From positions 8,060,001 to 8,124,000 of the forward strand of contig JBHGNT010000008.1 in assembly GCA_043228905.1 (NCBI GenBank): 64,000 nt of DNA. The letters are read 5' to 3'. Position numbers and translations under genes: made by a program. The notes beneath the pieces were generated by a model that ran no database searches, was not told the DNA's origin, and saw only the letters and a program-made list of their open reading frames with translations. Below are positions 35,827 to 45,444 of this stretch, piece after piece (the stretch's first letter is position 1; every line of letters starts with the position of its first letter). This DNA comes from Azolla caroliniana. Taxonomy: Eukaryota; Plantae; Polypodiophyta.

Positions 35827-38800
35827 ATGTCGTATGAAGAGGAGGCACCGGTCAGTTGTAAGTGCCCTCGTACAAGGTCAGTTACGAAGGTAGTGCAGCA
35901 AGCGTTCATTACGCAAGAACAGCCGGAATCAAGCACAAAGTGGTCGAAACTCCCTGACTTATCCGATCAATTACCTTCAGACGAAAAACAGACGGAAGAG
36001 GTATCGTTTTACGACATTTGGGACGATATGCCTTATACTTATTCTAAGTTCCGGGAAGGAACAGATGCGGAAGCACATGTTAGGGATTTCTTAACGACAT
36101 GGGAGATTAACCATGGAGCTCAGCGATTGTCGGCAGATGCCGAAGATAAGTCAAAAATCGCTGAGTTTGTCTTATCATTAGACGGATATTCCGCTAATTG
36201 GTTTGCGCAGAACGGTCTTCAAGGATTTCCATCCTTCGAAGTATTAACTAGTAAATTTTTACAATTATTTCATCAACAAATTCCGCAGAAGGATTTGATT
36301 GCGCAATTTTATGCGTTATATCAAGAAAAAAATGAAACAGTATCTCAGTTTGTGATACGATTTCAGAACTTACAGCTTCAGATTTCAAGACCGATTCCGG
36401 ATAAAGAATTAAAAGAAGTCTTTCTAGAAGCTGTAAAAGAACCATTAAGGACGACATTGAAAGTGTTCGATTTTCGAAATCAGACTATCGAACAAGTCAT
36501 TGATAAAGCAATAGAAATGGGTCGACCACCGGTCAATGTTCAGAGTATGGACATGTCGGCATTACACCGTACATTACCAACAATGGAGGAGTTACAATTT
36601 CGACAAGCAGTGCAATGCACCACTTGTTTAAATACGGGGCATTCGGCAATTGACTGTACGTTAAGAACACATTGTACAATATGTCATTCAAAATTACATT
36701 CCGTAGAACAATGTGAATATAATCTGCTTAATAAGACTAAGGCGTCAGTACGACAAATTTTTGCTGACAATGGTTACCAAAATAACACTAATCTGTTCAA
36801 TGGTTATCAAAATAATAATTCACAAAATCAGCAAAATGTACAACAGAACCCGGTTCTACAGCCAAATCAGATCTTTTCACAACAAAATTTGCAACCCACT
36901 CAAGTGACTCAAGCATTTCAACCAGGTTTTGCTCAATCCAACCCACTATTCGTACAGAATCCGAATCAATATTTTCAACAAAATAATCAAAGTTTCCAAC
37001 AAGGTAATCCACCATTTCAAGGGTTTCAACAGAACTGTCCGAATGTGCAACCGAATTCTACATTTCAACCAAATCCGGCATTTCAACCGGGTAATATGAC
37101 TTTTCAACATAATACTCAAACTGTTCCACAAAATAATCAAATGTTTCAACAGAGTAATTTTTCGCCAAATCAGGAGTTCGGGATACCACACAATATAGCA
37201 CAACCAAATGATAATACTGAACAATTTAGGCCGAATAGGTATAAAAACAAGAGATTTTACAAACCAAAAGCTACACGTCAATACCAACAAAACTTGAATG
37301 GTAATGAAGAGCAGCAATTTAATAACGGGCAATTTGCACATGGAGAGACCAGTGCAACATTTGTGCCCACTTGTTACATTTGTCGACAACTAGGCCATTA
37401 TGCTAATCAATGTCCGGTTAAAGGAAAGGGTCCAGCAGTTAATATGGTAATACCGGAAGTTCAGCAAGTAACGACACGCAGCAAAAGCAAACAATCAGAG
37501 TGGGAAATTCAGGAAGAAGTTCGGAAGGCCGCAAAGGAATGGGTGGAGGAAGCAAATCAGAGTAATGTGAATCGAATGTTACAAGATAATAACATTGACC
37601 AGGACATCGCTGTACAACAGTCATTGGAGAATAAGGAACAGGAAGAAACTTGGAAACTGTTGGCTGATTGTCAAGTGTCATTACCACTTAAGGGCTTACT
37701 TAAGTTAGTACCAAGGTTTACAGAAAAAGTGGCAGCATTAATTACATATAAAGGTTCCGAACAAATAGCAGTACACTACAATCAGCCAAGTAATAACCCT
37801 TCGATCATGGATGAACAGAATCCGTCTATTAAGGTAATACTTTACGGGCAAGAAATCGGAAATGTGATTATAGATGGAGGCTCGGGTGTTAATGTGATTA
37901 ACAAAACTACATGTGAAAAACTGGGAATCACGGAATGGGAAGCATGTCCGTTTTGGTTACGAATGGCAGATACAAGTACGGTACGACCGATTGGTTTGCT
38001 TCGACAACTCGATGTAATAATCGGGGGACACAGTTTTCAGATTTCGGCAGTAATTTTGCAGTTAGAAACACAGGGAGCATACCCCTTGTTATTGGGGAGA
38101 CCATGGTTAAAGACAGCTAATATTAAACAAAATTGGAAACAAAATGTGCTAACATTTAGAAAAGGAAAAAACAAGGTCAGGATTCCGACGCACAACAAAG
38201 TAACAACAAGCAAACAGAGTTTACCTGTATATGCAGAAGCAGTTAATATGATGGAAGGATTGGACGAGGAAGAAGAAAGTCAGTATTTTGATGATAATCA
38301 AAAAATCATCCCTCTATTTGAGGTAGATATTTTGCAAGCATTAACACCATATGTAGACTCACACGAAGAAGTGCCAATCGATGAGCAAACAATAAAAGAA
38401 ATACGGATGCAACAAGAAGCTACAGATAAGGAATTGCAGGTATCTCAGAGAGTGCAAGCCTCAGCATTGGAGGAAATTGATTTGGCAGGAGTAGAGGATG
38501 CTGAAAGAAAAACAATCTTGATTGCTAGAGATTTGATGGAAAATGACAAACGGACATTAACAACATTACTATTACAATATAAAGATGTTTTTGCATGGTC
38601 CTTTGACGATATGAAAGGTCTGGATCCCGCTTTTTGTCAACATCAAATCAATTTGCATAAAGATGCAAAGCCAGTACAACAACGCAGGTACAGGTTGAAT
38701 CCGAATTATGCTATCAAAGTAAAAGAAGAAATCGATAAACTCTTAAAAGTAGGATTTATTCGACCCGTCAAAAAATCAACATGGCTGAGTCCGATAGTAG

Positions 38801-41316
38801 TCGTCCCGAAAAAGAATGGGAAAATTCGTGTATGTGTGGATTACAGAAAATTGAATGCAGCGACAATTACGGATGCGTTTCCATTGCCATTCACAGATGG
38901 GATATTAGATGCAGTAGCGGGACATGAAATTTATAGTTTCTTGGATGGGTTCAGTGGGTACAACCAGGTACGGATGAATCCGGAAGATCAGGAAAAGACA
39001 GCTTTCGTCACAGAATGGGGTGTCTTTGTGGCAGTAGTCATGATGTTCGGTTTAAAAACAGCTCCAGCTACATTTCAGCGGGTAATACAGGAAATATTCG
39101 GGGAATATATTCCAGCTTTCATGCAGGTGTTTTTAGATGATTTTGCAGTATATAGTCGGAAAGCGGATCATTTTGAGCATTTACGGCTATGTTTAGAAAA
39201 ATGTCGAAAAGGGCGTCTTAGTTTAAATCCAGCCAAATGCGCATTCGGGGTAATGAGTGGTACATTACTTGGGCATATTGTCAGTCAAGAAGGGATTGCA
39301 GTGGACCCAGATAAAGTTAAAGCAATTATTGAGGCAACACCACCAACAAATGCTAAAGCTCTAAGTAGATTTTTGGGTCAAATTCGGTGGCACAGTAGAA
39401 TGATGAGATATCTAGCAGACATTGCTACTCCGTTACACACAGCAGTACACAAAGTTCCTTTTATATGGACAAGTATAGAACAAGATGCGTACGAATGTCT
39501 CAAGAAGATGCTGACGAACGTACCGGTAGTTCAACCACCGGACTGGAACAAACAATTTCATGTTTTCGTCGATGCGTCGGACATTGCCATAGGCAGTGCT
39601 TTAATGCAATTATCCGAACCAAACTGGTATAGGCCGGTATACTATGCCAGTAGGAAACTTTCGTCGGCCGAAAGAAACTATTCAACAACCGAAAGAGAAG
39701 CTTTGGGAATGATATATAGTGTGAACAAATTTCGACATTACCTTTTGGGTAAGAAATTTACATTTCATGTGGATCATTCGGCTTTACTGTATCTAGTTTC
39801 CAAACAAGAATTGACAGGCAAGTTGGCCCGATGGACATTATTGCTTCAAGAGTTTGAGTTTGACATTATACATCGACCAGGAGCACAACACGCGATTGCT
39901 GACTATCTCAGTCGGCTTGAGTCTGGAGAAGAAGCGGTTGGGGTTAAAGATGATTTTCCAGATACTCAATTATTTCGGGTGGAGGCCGTAAAAGCACATG
40001 AAGTGAATGAGGAAAAAGAGGATGAATGGATTTCCGAAATGACGATATTTCTATCAACAGGAATTCCGGCCGAACACATGTCGACAGATGAAAGAAAAAG
40101 AATTGCAGTACGAAGTCGGAATTTTTGTTTATTTAATGACATGTTGTATCATAAAGGAGCGGATGGAATATGGCGAAGGGCAGTACGAAAATTTGAAAAA
40201 TCAGCCATATTAACAGAGTCACATTGTGGAATTGCTGGCGGTCATTACGCAGGAGAAGCAACAGCCAGAAAAATATGGAATAGCGGGTTATGGTGGCCAA
40301 CGGTGATGAAAGATGCTAACGAATACTGTAAGAAATGCGATTTGTGTCAAAGAATGGGGCAACCAACCGAAAAGGATCGAATGCCTTTTCAACCGGTTTT
40401 ACCTCTTGAGCCATTTCAGAAATGGGGCTTAGATTTTGTTGGCCCATTCAAACCAGCAGCTGCAAGAACCGGTAATCGATATATCATAATTGCGACTGAC
40501 TATTGCACAAAATGGGTTGAAGCAAAAGCTCTCAGGGACAATACGGCAGCATCCACAGCAAAATTCCTGTATGAGTATATATGGTGTCGATTCGGTTGCC
40601 CAATAGAATTGGTAAGCGATCAAGGCACTCATTTTATTAACAAGTTAATTAACGAATTAACCAATTACTATGCCGTAGTTCATAAGAAAAGTACGCCTTA
40701 CTATCCCCAAGCTAATGGATTGGCAGAATCAACAAATAAAACAATTCAAACAATTTTAAAGAAGATAGTGAATGAAAATCGTACTGATTGGGATCAAAAG
40801 TTAAATAGTGCATTATGGGCATATCGTACTTCGTACAAAACATCCATTAAATCAACACCTTTCCGAATGGCATTCGGACTCGAAGCCGTTATGCCAATCG
40901 AATTTCAAATTCCGACACTTCGTATCCAAGCAACGAATAAGTTAAATGAAATAGAATCGGAGCAGATACGCAAAGAGGCTTTATTAGTATTAGAAGAAGA
41001 ACGGATTCAATCAATGTCAGCACTAGAACACAAGCAGAGACAAATCAAGGCATTCGTAAACCGACATCGAAGGAAATCGGAAGAGCAATTCGAAATTGGG
41101 AAACCGGTATTGGTATTCCAGACGAGAATGGGACTTATGCCTGGGAAACTCCGGTATAGATGGACAGGTCCAGTATGGATAATTAATAGTAAAAATGGTA
41201 CGTACCAACTGGGATCATTGACCGGAGAGGTTTTACCAAAATGGGTAAATGGATTTCGGCTTAAACCGTATTTGGGAGATATGCCGGTAAATCCGTTTAT
41301 TCAAACGGAAGAGTAA
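35827..41316 (+). CDS. Intact Gag-Pol polyprotein, 1829 aa (capsid, 3 CCHC knuckles, Q/N-rich region, PR, RT, RNase H, IN)
   Basis: IIDGGSG, FLDDF, VDASD, HCGIAGGH..CDLC, WGLDF..SDQG..NGLAE, RWTGP motifs in one open frame. Confidence 0.96.
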   Translation: MSYEEEAPVSCKCPRTRSVTKVVQQAFITQEQPESSTKWSKLPDLSDQLPSDEKQTEEVSFYDIWDDMPYTYSKFREGTDAEAHVRDFLTTWEINHGAQRLSADAEDKSKIAEFVLSLDGYSANWFAQNGLQGFPSFEVLTSKFLQLFHQQIPQKDLIAQFYALYQEKNETVSQFVIRFQNLQLQISRPIPDKELKEVFLEAVKEPLRTTLKVFDFRNQTIEQVIDKAIEMGRPPVNVQSMDMSALHRTLPTMEELQFRQAVQCTTCLNTGHSAIDCTLRTHCTICHSKLHSVEQCEYNLLNKTKASVRQIFADNGYQNNTNLFNGYQNNNSQNQQNVQQNPVLQPNQIFSQQNLQPTQVTQAFQPGFAQSNPLFVQNPNQYFQQNNQSFQQGNPPFQGFQQNCPNVQPNSTFQPNPAFQPGNMTFQHNTQTVPQNNQMFQQSNFSPNQEFGIPHNIAQPNDNTEQFRPNRYKNKRFYKPKATRQYQQNLNGNEEQQFNNGQFAHGETSATFVPTCYICRQLGHYANQCPVKGKGPAVNMVIPEVQQVTTRSKSKQSEWEIQEEVRKAAKEWVEEANQSNVNRMLQDNNIDQDIAVQQSLENKEQEETWKLLADCQVSLPLKGLLKLVPRFTEKVAALITYKGSEQIAVHYNQPSNNPSIMDEQNPSIKVILYGQEIGNVIIDGGSGVNVINKTTCEKLGITEWEACPFWLRMADTSTVRPIGLLRQLDVIIGGHSFQISAVILQLETQGAYPLLLGRPWLKTANIKQNWKQNVLTFRKGKNKVRIPTHNKVTTSKQSLPVYAEAVNMMEGLDEEEESQYFDDNQKIIPLFEVDILQALTPYVDSHEEVPIDEQTIKEIRMQQEATDKELQVSQRVQASALEEIDLAGVEDAERKTILIARDLMENDKRTLTTLLLQYKDVFAWSFDDMKGLDPAFCQHQINLHKDAKPVQQRRYRLNPNYAIKVKEEIDKLLKVGFIRPVKKSTWLSPIVVVPKKNGKIRVCVDYRKLNAATITDAFPLPFTDGILDAVAGHEIYSFLDGFSGYNQVRMNPEDQEKTAFVTEWGVFVAVVMMFGLKTAPATFQRVIQEIFGEYIPAFMQVFLDDFAVYSRKADHFEHLRLCLEKCRKGRLSLNPAKCAFGVMSGTLLGHIVSQEGIAVDPDKVKAIIEATPPTNAKALSRFLGQIRWHSRMMRYLADIATPLHTAVHKVPFIWTSIEQDAYECLKKMLTNVPVVQPPDWNKQFHVFVDASDIAIGSALMQLSEPNWYRPVYYASRKLSSAERNYSTTEREALGMIYSVNKFRHYLLGKKFTFHVDHSALLYLVSKQELTGKLARWTLLLQEFEFDIIHRPGAQHAIADYLSRLESGEEAVGVKDDFPDTQLFRVEAVKAHEVNEEKEDEWISEMTIFLSTGIPAEHMSTDERKRIAVRSRNFCLFNDMLYHKGADGIWRRAVRKFEKSAILTESHCGIAGGHYAGEATARKIWNSGLWWPTVMKDANEYCKKCDLCQRMGQPTEKDRMPFQPVLPLEPFQKWGLDFVGPFKPAAARTGNRYIIIATDYCTKWVEAKALRDNTAASTAKFLYEYIWCRFGCPIELVSDQGTHFINKLINELTNYYAVVHKKSTPYYPQANGLAESTNKTIQTILKKIVNENRTDWDQKLNSALWAYRTSYKTSIKSTPFRMAFGLEAVMPIEFQIPTLRIQATNKLNEIESEQIRKEALLVLEEERIQSMSALEHKQRQIKAFVNRHRRKSEEQFEIGKPVLVFQTRMGLMPGKLRYRWTGPVWIINSKNGTYQLGSLTGEVLPKWVNGFRLKPYLGDMPVNPFIQTEE

Positions 41317-41320
41317 AAAT

Positions 41321-41353
<33 letters not shown>

Positions 41354-41743
41354 CACTAACTAACTCACTCAATAGTTCTTGTCAAATGTGAAATACAATC
41401 TTGCCATAAACAGTATGAATCGACTATAAATAGAAAGAGGAATTGCATGATTATTAGTAACAAGTACAACCACTACACGTAGAGTGAATACTAATTAATT
41501 CCTACATTAATAGTAATTACTATTCTTTAAGTCATCATGCATAAATTAATATCTTTAAAACATATTTCTGTATCGTCTGTATCGCCAAAACAACGGAAAC
41601 GAGTGCAGATATCGAAACAGTCTGAGCCTCCTTCGTGCCCTAGATCGCCCAAACTCTGTTTTTCTGATTTTTATCGCTACAGAAACTGTGCAGATCTGCA
41701 ACTGTCATCGACAAGTGATTCAGAACAAGGAAACACAGAAGAC

Positions 41744-44165
41744 ATGCCGATTCCTGTATCTGAAGAACTGCGATTGTGGCTTCATGAAAGAAACTTACAA
41801 GGTTTCATCAAAATAGCAGAAGCGGAACCTCATCCGCAGGCGGAAGAATTGGTACAACAAATAGACATCACCAAAATCACAACAAAGAAAATACGAAATA
41901 CATTACAGATGCCAAGAGGAGGTTTTGAGGCAGTTAAAAAACCTTCATCAGAAGCACTCCAATCGTATTTCGGGGAATACTCACCCTCGGCAAAAGCATA
42001 TCAGACTTATGGAGGTCGGGATGAGTTTTTTCATGAAGTGGCGAGGTTTTTACTAGAGGTGGGATTTGTCAGTCCTCGTTTTTTATTGTATGCCGAAAAA
42101 AAGGGCTGGGTTTATTATAGCCGCATATGAAAAAGAGGATTTCAACTGGCCACTATTGTCGGGGGAAGCTCTGAGAGAGCAGCTACAAGGGGTAAAAACA
42201 GGAAAACCGATGAAGCAAATTTTTGGCCGTTGGTTATCAGTATTGTTTCCGATTCAAGAATCGGAAACTCCTGTTCAGTCAAGAAGACCACCGATAATAC
42301 AAGCACCACGAAGACACCGACAGCTAGTACATGAAGAATGGATAGAAGAAGAATCGGCACATGCCGATAATATACAAACAAATATGTCTCAGTCGGAACC
42401 ACCTAGACCAGAGAATTCCGAAAACAGACAACCAGAAACAGTTGACAATTTGAGACACAAGCAACAGCCAACAGAAAATCGACAAAGAACAAGGATTAAA
42501 CAAAAGGCTAATCGGCAATTACAACCAGAAAACAGGGAGGGATCAGCACCAAAAAGGCAACGCACAAATGAAAACTCGAATACGCCTGTGGTGACAGAAG
42601 TACTAAAACCAGGGGATGAGAGCATTTCGACACAACCTCACCAAGGACAATCTTCAAAAGTAGCCATTCGGGAAGCACATGGATACTTGGATATCCCACC
42701 AGCAGCACATGAATTAGCGGCCATTTTGCAGTTCGGAACTTCATACGAACTGGTTGAATGGTTGGCTAAAAGACTGACAGAAGTATCAGAACGGCTGGCT
42801 CAAGAACATAATGACCGAATAATGATACAGAAAGCTTTACGAGGAGTGTTGGAACCTCAAGAAAAAGCAGAGATAGAGAAAATAGGCCGGAAAAGAAGTG
42901 CACAGCATAGAGGGGAGGCTATTGAAATGCCACCATTACATGAAGCACTAGTCGAAATTCATAAAGAATATGAAACGGCACGCAAAGCAGCCAGTGATAT
43001 GGCTGAAAGATACAAAAGTGTATCAGCATCGGCGGAGGTGCTGAAGCATCAGTTTTGTAACATACAAGCAGAAAATAAAGAACTAAAGGAAAGTCTAAAC
43101 AAATGGGAAACACAGGCACGGCTTATGGTGTCGGAATCAGAATGGCAACAGAAATTAGAGGATACTGAGAAAGCACGACAAGCAGAAACAACAAGGGCCA
43201 ACAATGCAGTATTTCGAATTATAGAATTAGAAAAACAAATAGAAACCATTCAGAAGGGTCAATACAAAGCTCTCGAAGAAAAGAATCAAGTAATAAACGA
43301 ATTACAGAAAAATCTAGAAGAAGCTAAGACGGCCAATCATACATATACCGAACAAATTGAAGAATTCGAAAGGTATATAGTGTCACAGGAAAGTCAATTG
43401 ACAGAAAAACAGCAGAGTCTTGAAGAAGTTAACAGAAGAATGACGGAACAGCAGGAGGAATGGAGTAGAGAGAAATCGGCATTCGAACAACAACTGGACG
43501 AAATTCGGAAGATAGCGGAACAAAGACGGCTGGATATATATATAGTCGAATCCAAATTAATGCGAGCTGAAAGTGAGAACCGAACCACTATTACGGATTT
43601 ACAGAAAGAGTTGCAAACCGCCCAGTACGTCGCAAGCATCACTAGGGACAAAGTGCAGCACATCATAGGTAAACATCGAAACCTAGCAAAGAAACTGATC
43701 GATGAATCCCTTGCGCAAGGATGGAAGTTATGGACAGCACAAGCGGCGGAATTACAGATATTGCGTGCCGACAAAAATAACCGTCAGGTACAAGGTGCAG
43801 GTTTTTTTAAAATGACACAAAAGGATATTGACAATATCCAAGAGGATATCATGAAAGATATGGATGAAATTGCGGCATTTTACAGAGAAGAAATTCAACG
43901 TATTATGCAAGAATTCGACAAAAATGATATAGGCACTTCCGTCCAGTTGGATAAAATCGAAGCCGAAAGAACCAGCAAGACTCCTGGTATTCAAGCTGCC
44001 GGAAGAAGTGAACCAGAGCAGCCAACCGAATCAAAACCTGCTCCGAAGGAGGACTGTGACACAGACGAAGATGAAGAGGAAGATATAGGTGGAATACATC
44101 CAAGGCCAGATGAACCTTCGATTTTTGATATTCTGAACGATTCGGATGAAGAGCTACAGGAATAG
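41744..44165 (+). CDS. Extra sense ORF downstream of pol (~800 aa, long coiled coil, acidic tail), broken by a 1-nt frameshift in a T run near 42080
   Basis: Overlapping ORFs 41537-42130 and 42066-44165; E/K/Q-rich heptad region; ends 45 nt before the 3' LTR. Confidence 0.75.
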
Positions 44166-45444
44166 GCGTGGGTTCGCCGGACAAGGTCCTGGCCCACGTG
44201 CGTGCCAAGTGTTACTCGGACCCGGACAGTCAGTTTTACCGAACAGGTGGGAAAGCGTCGAAAAACAGAGTCGGTTCGGATCGACTGTTCGGATCAATGA
44301 CTCAGCAGTAAAACGAAGAGAACTAAGTTAGTTAGATAATTTTGTAAATCTTGTTAGAGAGTAGGAATAGTTCTTGATGAGAAAAGACCTTCGGTATACC
44401 TATAAAAGGGAACCAAAGGCATTGTAAGAAGGGTCGTTTTATTTAGTAATATAAGTTTAAGTTAGGAATATCTTGTACGGATTCTGTGTTTCTCTGTTGT
44501 CTATGATCTTAAGTGCAAGCTTCCTAATTTATAGCTAAATAACGATCACGATAATTACCTATTGATCTAGCAATTCCGTTCGTAAAACACAATTCCTTGT
44601 TAGAACGTTGAGGAGCGACGTTCACTCTTCTGTATCGGTAGTAGTTAGTAATTAGCCGATTAACATTGTCGTTGGCACCTATCACTATATACGGTGTCGC
44701 GATATTACGCAAGTGCGTATAGAAACGAGGCGGGACCGCGGGGGTCCTGAACCGAAGAGCAAGCGAGGGTGGAGAAAGAGAGAGGACCGGTTACGCAGGA
44801 CCGGGGATACACAGGGACACAGCCCTTCAACACAGAGAACGCGAATAGACGCCGACACAGGTAGACGCAAACAAATGAATATATATATATATATATATGA
44901 GCAAATATCTGATCAAGAAGCTACAACCCGCGATGGGGCACAGGATGGTTACAACCGAACAGGCCGGCGAACAGATGCCGATGCCTGTTCGCTGCGTCGC
45001 ACAAAAGGGAGCAGGTCGGAGGTGCTGCCGGAAGCACTCGAGCGTTCCTCGAAACAGCGCGAGCCTCCTCGAAAACCTGCACAGGAAAAGCTATGGAGAA
45101 AAAGGGAAGGAGAACAGAGAGAGAAGCGTCCAGAATCGGTCCGACAGCACTTCGTCCTCTCCGCGCGATCCTTTGTTCCTCCCCGTCCTCCTCCTTTTAT
45201 CGGTCAAGAAGGAGCCGTTCGGCATTAAATTCCCACCTACCGTATCTAACCACTTCGATCCTCCTAGGTACCTAATTCGCCTCTATGTACAACTTGGCGC
45301 GCACGTGCGTGAAGAGCCGGTTCCCACGCCTTGGTGCCCCAATTCCACCCTTGGACGGTTTTCTTCACGACATCTGCCCCCACCTAACCACGCATCCACC
45401 GGCATGCGCCAAATTAAGTTGGGACGGAGAAAACCGGCCCGCCT

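Larger units (their letters stand above)
35312..44665 (+). mobile_element. Young full-length Ty3/gypsy element (non-chromovirus, Athila/Phygy/Selgy-like, no extra RNase H); 456-bp LTRs 35312-35767 and 44210-44665
   Basis: TG..CA LTRs with no difference found by eye; 5-bp TSD TTGTC (35307-35311, 44666-44670); PBS TGGCACGCCCGGT at 35779; intact gag-pol; extra 3' ORF. Confidence 0.96.

Noticed and set aside
35827-41316. Classification as Tat/Ogre or chromovirus
   Set aside because: No additional archaeal-type RNase H and no chromodomain are visible in the polyprotein.
42078-42086. T TTT TTA as a programmed -1 frameshift
   Set aside because: Joining the two ORFs needs +1 (or -2), not -1; a single-base insertion or homopolymer error is simpler.
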